A stretch of 64,000 nt of DNA, taken from assembly GCA_965140585.1 (NCBI GenBank), contig OZ223264.1, positions 672,001-736,000 of the forward strand, given 5' to 3'. Of this stretch, positions 57,968-64,000 are shown piece by piece. Each line of letters starts with the position of its first letter. Position 1 is the stretch's first letter. The position numbers and the translations under genes were made by a program. This stretch comes from Spirochaetia bacterium. GTDB lineage: Bacteria > Spirochaetota > Spirochaetia > UBA9216. Under the pieces are notes generated by a model that saw nothing but the letters and a program-made list of their open reading frames with translations, did not search any database and had not been told where the DNA came from.

Positions 57968-59298
57968 AACGAGTAATTAAGTTCACAAAAATCCGTTTCG
58001 TCATGTTCGCCGTATCAATTGTGGTGATCCTGGCAGGTGTTGCAGGTACAGTAGCCAACGGCGGCTTCAATCTCGGTATCGACTTCAAATCAGGTCTAAG
58101 TCAGAGAATTCAGATTGCCCCGGTTGTTATGGAAGTTAGCTATATCGGTGAAGAAGAAGCAAGGTTCAACATCTTAAATGAAGAAGTTACCTTTGATATC
58201 TTTACCAAGAGCGGTTCTACCGACAGTTATGCATTTCAGCTGGCTGACTATGCTACATCCGGTGAGCTTGCCCAAGCGATGTCTGAAGTTCCTTCGGTAA
58301 CTGTAAATGTTGTGAAGGCTGATGTACCGGCTGACAAAATACTTTCATTTGTCTATTTCATTGATCTTTCTGAAGAGAAAGCTGATGTAAACTATTCAAA
58401 TGCAGGTGCTGACAGCTGGGTAACTATAGATGAAATCAGAGATGTTCTCGGAGAAACTGGAAGCCCGCAGATTCAGGTTGTAGGAAGCGATGATAATCAG
58501 GAGTTCCTTATTCGCCTGCAGGATGACGGTACAAAAGATTTCAGTAATGTCTACTCAGATAAGGTTCTTGAACTTCTTGAGAAGGCTTACGGAACAGGTG
58601 CTGTAATCGTTAAGCAGTCCGACTATGTCGGTCCCAGATTTTCAGCAGACCTTGGTAACCAGGTGTTCCTGCTTGTTGCACTTGCGCTCGCACTGATTCT
58701 TATCTACATATGGTTCAGATTTGAGCTTGCTTTTGCCGTATCAGCCATTATTGCACTTGCGCATGACGTACTCATAATGCTGGGTTTCATTGGTCTTACA
58801 CAGATGGAAGTTGTTACTGCAACTGTTGCTGCTGTACTTACAATAGTAGGTTACTCACTCAACGATACTATCGTTGTTTTTGACCGAATCAGGGAAAACA
58901 GAAATCTTATGAGAGATGCTGATCTTAAAACTATTGTTAATACCAGTATCACACAGTCTCTCAGCAGAACGATAATTACATCGCTTACTACACTTCTTGC
59001 TGTTCTTGCAATCTACATCTTTGCAAGCGGCCAGATTAAAGACTTTGCTCTTGCTATGATAGTCGGTGTTGTTGTCGGTACATATTCTTCAATCTTCATT
59101 GCATCACCGGTACTTCTTGGATGGATAAACAGCCGAAGAAGCCGCAAGGTAGCAAAGGATAAGCAGAAATACGGAGTAAGTTCCGAAACTGTTAAGAAAA
59201 AGGAATCCGTTGAAACAGAAGACTCTGATTCATCAAAAATTATTGAGATTCCTAATCTCGAAAGAAAAAAGAAAGGTGGAAAAAGGAAGAAAAAATAA
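57964..59298 (+). CDS. secF: Protein translocase subunit SecF
   Basis: GIDFKSG, VGPRF, RFE, HDV, GYSLNDTIVVFDRIRE, GTYSSIF. Confidence 0.96.
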   Translation: MKRVIKFTKIRFVMFAVSIVVILAGVAGTVANGGFNLGIDFKSGLSQRIQIAPVVMEVSYIGEEEARFNILNEEVTFDIFTKSGSTDSYAFQLADYATSGELAQAMSEVPSVTVNVVKADVPADKILSFVYFIDLSEEKADVNYSNAGADSWVTIDEIRDVLGETGSPQIQVVGSDDNQEFLIRLQDDGTKDFSNVYSDKVLELLEKAYGTGAVIVKQSDYVGPRFSADLGNQVFLLVALALALILIYIWFRFELAFAVSAIIALAHDVLIMLGFIGLTQMEVVTATVAAVLTIVGYSLNDTIVVFDRIRENRNLMRDADLKTIVNTSITQSLSRTIITSLTTLLAVLAIYIFASGQIKDFALAMIVGVVVGTYSSIFIASPVLLGWINSRRSRKVAKDKQKYGVSSETVKKKESVETEDSDSSKIIEIPNLERKKKGGKRKKK

Positions 59299-59319
59299 TC
59301 CTTTTCCTGCACTTTATAG

Positions 59320-59356
59320 AAGGCTGACTGAGATTTGATTCCGGTCAGCCTTTTTT
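59320..59356 (+). terminator. Rho-independent terminator after secF
   Basis: AAGGCTGACTG...CGGTCAGCCTT followed by a T run. Confidence 0.75.
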
Positions 59357-59456
59357 GTTATAATTAGCTAAAACTCATCTTTCACATCCTTAAATAGTTA
59401 CTTTTTTATTCATAAATAGTATAATTGATAAATAATTAACCATAGGAGAAGACTCA

Positions 59457-61661
59457 ATGAAACTAACTAGAGTTCTGATGCTGGCAGCTGCTGTTATTGC
59501 AGTCCTGGCCGGTTGTGCAGGTAATGGAGGCGTTGATACAGACAGCTCCGGAATATATAATCCCGGAACTTACTCTGCGTCGGCCAAAGGAATAAGCGAA
59601 GTAACCGTTGAGGTTACTGTAGATGCAGACAGCATAACAGCTGTCAAACTTGACCTATCAGGTGAAACAGAGGCCATTGGACAGGCTGCTGTTGAATCTC
59701 TTGTTAAACAGATTATGGACGCTCAGAGCTCCGAAATTGACGGTGTTTCAGGTGCCTCCGCAACATCATCGGCTGTGCAGCTGGCGCTTTCAAGGGCCCT
59801 GTCGAAGGCTGCCGTTGCAGGTCCTTCTGCAAAAATGCCTGTAGCAGACGGGACATATTCAGCTACTGCTTCCGGATTCAGCTGGACCGGACAGGTTACA
59901 TGTGATGTAACATTTACTGATAATGCCATTACAGATATCAAAGTGGTAGAAGAGTATGAAACCTTCACCGGTGAATGGTTTTATACAGTTCTTGATAAAT
60001 ATATTCCAAGAATACTCGAGAATCAGTCTCTTGAAGTTGATGCTGTAACCGGAGCAACATTTTCATCCAATGCAGTCAGAGACTGTGTTGCCGATGCAAT
60101 TGAACAGGCTGGAGGGGCAAGCAGTGACTGGTATACTGAAATTGAGAAAAGCAATGAGGTTATTGATCTCATGGGATATGATGTAGTAGTTGTTGGCCTT
60201 GGCGGATCGGGAATCCTTTCCTACTGCTCAGCAGCGTCTGAAGGAGCTTCAGTGTTCGGAATAGAGGCTGCGGCTAAACTCGGCGGGGATTCTGCCTGTA
60301 CATACGGGCCGATGGCTCTTAATTCTGAATATCTGAAAAATCTCTACAACGACGGCAAAGATTACATTAACGAAGATGATGTTTATGAAACATGGATTGA
60401 TTATGTAGAAAATGACGGAAAGCCCGAAGTTATCAAAAAGGCTGTATACGAATCAGGCTCTGCACTGGATTTCTTTGTAGAAAAGTTCAGTTTTGCTTTC
60501 GAAGGTCTGGGCGGAATGCTAGGAAGCTTTGTTAAACCCGAATGGAATAAACTCTGGTGTGTTTATACGGCAGATAATGATAATACTTCCTGGAATGTCT
60601 TAGGTCCAAACAAAACTTATCAGTTTGACAGGGCTATGAACATAGCAAAGGGCTTGAATGATAAAAACGATTTCATGCTTGAATTGACCGCTGAGAAGCT
60701 GATTACTGATAAGTCAGGAAAGGTAACAGGTGTGCAATGTTCATCATACGACGGAACAAAATACAATATCTACGGAAAATCAGTCATAATAGCTACCGGT
60801 GGTTTCATCGGTAATGATCATATGATGAATGAGTACCTGGGCAGCACTGTAAACACCCTGGGCGTTACAGTTAATAACGGTGCGGGAATAAGGATGGCTC
60901 AGGAAGTCGGCGGAGCTCTAATGAATATGGATGTCCTTCCGATGATTCACATTTCACAGGTTAAGAATATGATTAAAAACAACGATCTCAACCCGAATCA
61001 GAAGGCTATCCTTTCTGCACTGGCTCTTACTACTGATCAGCTGAGTGTGACAACTGAAGGAAAGATCTGGGGTAATACCGATGAGAGCGGAACACAGGAT
61101 GAAGCGCTGAATGTTGAAATATGTTTCGCCCCCGGTTATCAGTACTATGTTGTATATACTGCAGAGGAGATTGCAGAGATAGCGCAGACAGGTCTTAGAG
61201 ACAGTTTTGCAAAGGCTACATCCATGTTTATGGGGCAGGGCGGAGAGTTTGCAACCGGAGTGCCTGTAACAGACATCTATGATATTCTTTCTGTCGGTGA
61301 AAGCTACGGTAATGTGATTAAGGCCGACGGTATTGCAGGACTGGCCGCTGCTATAGGCTGTGATTCTGATGAGCTTTCAAGATCGCTCAAAGGTGAAGAT
61401 ACTGAATATTATGCAGTAATAACCGCCGGTTATGCCTATGCGACAGTCGGAGGACTCGATATCGATGAAAATATGAATGTTCTTAAAGAGGACGGCAGTG
61501 TTATTGAGAATCTTTTTGCTGTTGGACAGGATTCGGAAGGTGTTACCAATGCCTCAGGCAAGGCATATACACCATGGGCCGGACAGGCTCAGTCCTGGAC
61601 CTTTGTTTCAGGCAAAATCGCAGGTGAAAAAGCTGCTGAGTTTGCTTCTGTAAACAAATAG
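59457..61661 (+). CDS. Lipoprotein with two FMN-binding (flavinylation) domains and a flavocytochrome c/fumarate reductase-like FAD domain
   Basis: Lipobox LAGC; IDGVSGASATS and VDAVTGATFSS; VVVVGLGGSG, IIATGGF, ATVGGL, NLFAVGQ. Confidence 0.88.
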   Translation: MKLTRVLMLAAAVIAVLAGCAGNGGVDTDSSGIYNPGTYSASAKGISEVTVEVTVDADSITAVKLDLSGETEAIGQAAVESLVKQIMDAQSSEIDGVSGASATSSAVQLALSRALSKAAVAGPSAKMPVADGTYSATASGFSWTGQVTCDVTFTDNAITDIKVVEEYETFTGEWFYTVLDKYIPRILENQSLEVDAVTGATFSSNAVRDCVADAIEQAGGASSDWYTEIEKSNEVIDLMGYDVVVVGLGGSGILSYCSAASEGASVFGIEAAAKLGGDSACTYGPMALNSEYLKNLYNDGKDYINEDDVYETWIDYVENDGKPEVIKKAVYESGSALDFFVEKFSFAFEGLGGMLGSFVKPEWNKLWCVYTADNDNTSWNVLGPNKTYQFDRAMNIAKGLNDKNDFMLELTAEKLITDKSGKVTGVQCSSYDGTKYNIYGKSVIIATGGFIGNDHMMNEYLGSTVNTLGVTVNNGAGIRMAQEVGGALMNMDVLPMIHISQVKNMIKNNDLNPNQKAILSALALTTDQLSVTTEGKIWGNTDESGTQDEALNVEICFAPGYQYYVVYTAEEIAEIAQTGLRDSFAKATSMFMGQGGEFATGVPVTDIYDILSVGESYGNVIKADGIAGLAAAIGCDSDELSRSLKGEDTEYYAVITAGYAYATVGGLDIDENMNVLKEDGSVIENLFAVGQDSEGVTNASGKAYTPWAGQAQSWTFVSGKIAGEKAAEFASVNK

Positions 61662-61680
61662 CATTCAAGCAGGGATATGG

Positions 61681-61711
61681 GGGCTGACTCATAAGAAGTC
61701 AGCCCTTTTTT
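61681..61711 (+). terminator. Rho-independent terminator
   Basis: GGGCTGACT-CATAAGA-AGTCAGCCC followed by T6. Confidence 0.8.
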
Positions 61712-61712
61712 A

Positions 61713-62456
61713 TTATTTGAAAGTGATTGAGTAGTCTATCGGCTTATCAAGCAGGAGGACTCTGATAAGAGGTGTTTTAAAGCTCACAGTATCAGGGCCG
61801 GTCTTTGTACCGCCTTTCTGTGAAACGATAGTTCCCTTCACCTTTATTACTGTTGTAATGTAGGATTTTGAGAGCAGTTCGGAGCCTCCCTCACCAAGTG
61901 CATATTCGATAAGTTCAAGATATCCCTCTTCGTCTGTATCCTGATTTGAAATAGGTCCGAAGGCTTCAAAAAGCGGATCATCCACTACTGGAAACAGGGG
62001 AGCAATATCCTTGAAATTGTTAATGTCAATGTAGATGGAAATGATTCTTTCATTGCCGTTTTCTGTGAATGAAATAGCCTGCTTATTTAGAGTTCCTGTT
62101 GAACCTGCGATAAGGGCGCCGATATCATCGAACTCAAGAGAAACCGAGAGTTTGCGGTTGTCATCGTTGCTCATGCCGGTTACCCTGACACCGGGATTTA
62201 CTTCTATACCCTGTTTCATTTCTTCAAGGTTGAAAAGTTCCCCATCCGATGTATTTTCACCGGTTAATTCAGCAAGGCTCTCAAGGTAGAATATTAATGA
62301 ATCGTCAATAACCGATTCCATCTTTGCGGTTCCTGAGCCGTCCGGAGAAAGGCTTATCTGCTGTTGAACAGAACAGCCTGAGAGCAAAATGAAAGATACA
62401 GCTATAAGTATAAAAAGTGCTGTAAAAGTAGGTTTGTCTGTTAATTTCATAGTCAT
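61713..62456 (-). CDS. Hypothetical lipoprotein (LppM/DUF3153-like N-terminus)
   Basis: Lipobox LSGC followed by ISLSPDGSG; ends YSITFK. Confidence 0.7.
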   Translation of the reverse strand: MTMKLTDKPTFTALFILIAVSFILLSGCSVQQQISLSPDGSGTAKMESVIDDSLIFYLESLAELTGENTSDGELFNLEEMKQGIEVNPGVRVTGMSNDDNRKLSVSLEFDDIGALIAGSTGTLNKQAISFTENGNERIISIYIDINNFKDIAPLFPVVDDPLFEAFGPISNQDTDEEGYLELIEYALGEGGSELLSKSYITTVIKVKGTIVSQKGGTKTGPDTVSFKTPLIRVLLLDKPIDYSITFK

Positions 62457-62574
62457 TGGAGAAGGGTAATACTTTATCTATCTGCAGTCAATAACCTTGC
62501 TTTTGGAGGCCTCTTTACAATATAATCATGTTTACTACCTTTTATCACGCATTTTGTTTTATAGGAGTGTTTTT

Positions 62575-63570
62575 ATGGCAATCAACATCAAGGGCAGGTC
62601 TTTTCTGACTCTTAAGGATTTCAGTACCGAAGAAATTAATTACCTGCTTGATCTGTCGGCAGATCTGAAAAACAAGAAGCGTGCAGGTATCAGAGGAAAC
62701 CTCCTTTCAGGCCGAAATATCTGTCTTATTTTTGAAAAAACATCTACAAGAACCCGCTGTGCCTTTGAAACCGCAGCTTTTGATGAAGGCGGCAATGTCA
62801 CATTCCTTACAAACAGTCAGATGGGTAAAAAGGAATCTGTTGAAGATACCGCCCGTGTTCTGGGCCGCTTTTATGACGGCATTGAATTTCGCGGATATAA
62901 ACAGGACACAGTAGAGCAGCTGGCTCAGTTTTCGGGAGTTCCAGTCTGGAATGGACTGACTGATCTCTATCATCCGACACAGGTTCTTGCTGACTTTCTT
63001 ACGATAATGGAAAACAGCACCAAGCCGCTGTCTGCATGCAAGCTAGTTTTTGTCGGTGACGGCAGAAACAATGTAGCAAATTCACTTATGATAGGTGCGG
63101 CAAAAACCGGTATGGATTTTACCATTGTGGCACCCTCAAGTTTGTATCCTGAAAAGGCTCTGGTTGACGAGGTTTCTCTTCTTGCAAAGAAGACCGGTTC
63201 TGAAATAGTTATCACTGATGATATTAAAGCCGGTGTAAAGGATGCAGATGCAATCTATACAGACGTTTGGGTTTCGATGGGTGAAGAGGATAAGTTTGAA
63301 GAAAGAATAAAACTTCTGGAACCCTACCGGGTGGATATGAAGATGATGGAAGCTGCGGGAAATGCTGAGGTGATTTTTCTGCACTGTCTTCCGGCTTTTC
63401 ATGATTTGGAGACAGAAACCGGCAGGGAGATAAATAAAAAGTACGGACTGAAAGAGATGGAGGTCTCTGACGAGGTGTTCAGGAGCAGGTTCTCAAAGGT
63501 TTTTGATGAAGCTGAAAACCGGCTGCATACAATCAAGGCGGTAATGGTTGCTACAATCGGAAATCTTTAG
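62575..63570 (+). CDS. argF: Ornithine carbamoyltransferase
   Basis: [42 protein letters not shown]; AGGAG SD before ATG 62575. The sequence type is shared with catabolic ArcB. Confidence 0.93.
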   Translation: MAINIKGRSFLTLKDFSTEEINYLLDLSADLKNKKRAGIRGNLLSGRNICLIFEKTSTRTRCAFETAAFDEGGNVTFLTNSQMGKKESVEDTARVLGRFYDGIEFRGYKQDTVEQLAQFSGVPVWNGLTDLYHPTQVLADFLTIMENSTKPLSACKLVFVGDGRNNVANSLMIGAAKTGMDFTIVAPSSLYPEKALVDEVSLLAKKTGSEIVITDDIKAGVKDADAIYTDVWVSMGEEDKFEERIKLLEPYRVDMKMMEAAGNAEVIFLHCLPAFHDLETETGREINKKYGLKEMEVSDEVFRSRFSKVFDEAENRLHTIKAVMVATIGNL

Positions 63571-63590
63571 ATTTTTATATGGAGAGCAAT

Positions 63591-64000
63591 ATGAAACTGA
63601 ATAATTTCATGAAGGCAGCATTAATTCTGCTGATAATTATGGTCCCGGCGATGGTTTTTGCCGGAGGACAGAAAGAGAGTTCTGAAGGTGCAGAAACTTC
63701 ATCCGCCGCTGAAGATTTTAAGCTGGCGGTTGTTGTCCCCGGAGTTACTGCGGGGTCTGCAATATATGAGCAGCTTGTCTCAGGCGCAGAAAGAGCAATT
63801 TCCGAAACCCCGGGCGCTTCAATGAAGGTAGTGGAGCTCGGCTTCAATCAGGCAGAGTGGAATGAGAAGATGACATCAGTTGTTGCCACCGGTGTCTATG
63901 ATGCTGTGATTACATCAAACCCTTCAATGCCCTATGTCAGCATGGATATTGCGCAGCAGTTTCCCGAACAGAAATTTATATTTGTCGATGCTTATATAGA
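63591..64000 (+). CDS. BMP/PnrA-family ABC transporter substrate-binding protein (partial, runs off the window)
   Basis: Read manually: MKLNNFMKAALILLIIMVPAMVFAGGQKE..LAVVVPGVTAGSAIYEQLVSGAE..ELGFNQAEW..ITSNPSMP..FPEQKFIFVDA; GGAG SD. Confidence 0.75.
   Translation, partial: MKLNNFMKAALILLIIMVPAMVFAGGQKESSEGAETSSAAEDFKLAVVVPGVTAGSAIYEQLVSGAERAISETPGASMKVVELGFNQAEWNEKMTSVVATGVYDAVITSNPSMPYVSMDIAQQFPEQKFIFVDAYI

Noticed and set aside
1-64000. tRNA, rRNA, riboswitch, IS element, prophage or defence system
   Set aside because: Intergenic regions are short and explained by promoters and terminators, and no transposase, integrase or phage-like ORF was seen. A covariance-model scan (Infernal/Rfam) would be needed to exclude small RNAs.

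Overview
Chromosomal window from an anaerobic spirochaete-like bacterium. The taxon is inferred from the class I LysRS and the spirochaete-style '...FAGGQKE / ANGSQE' signal-peptide ends. About 55 CDS are supported; no rRNA, tRNA, CRISPR array or transposase was seen. The centre (18.9-35.7 kb) is a redox and energy supercluster. It contains rex, an electron-bifurcating-type [FeFe]-hydrogenase operon with an embedded stand-alone GHKL ATPase, and a convergent DRTGG/CBS-kinase/DRTGG/PHP/PAS-kinase operon. It then carries an NqrBCDEF-like membrane complex that lacks NqrA, RnfC and RnfB but has an orphan 153-aa last gene, followed by a rubrerythrin-desulfoferrodoxin-rubredoxin operon. The flanks hold two paralogous giant acyl-CoA dehydratase activase-like genes with a TetR, housekeeping genes (rlpA, lysS, dacA, era, clpP, purC, yajC-secDF, OTCase), a DeoR-Ldh_2-malic enzyme operon, a deletion-riddled flavin oxidoreductase pseudogene, a DUF2202/4Fe-4S/two-component module and a doubly flavinylated lipoprotein reductase. 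A window-wide pattern stands out: about a dozen first-in-operon genes have a -10 hexamer exactly 6 nt before the ATG and no Shine-Dalgarno, which suggests leaderless mRNAs. All family assignments come from motif recognition by eye, not from database searches.
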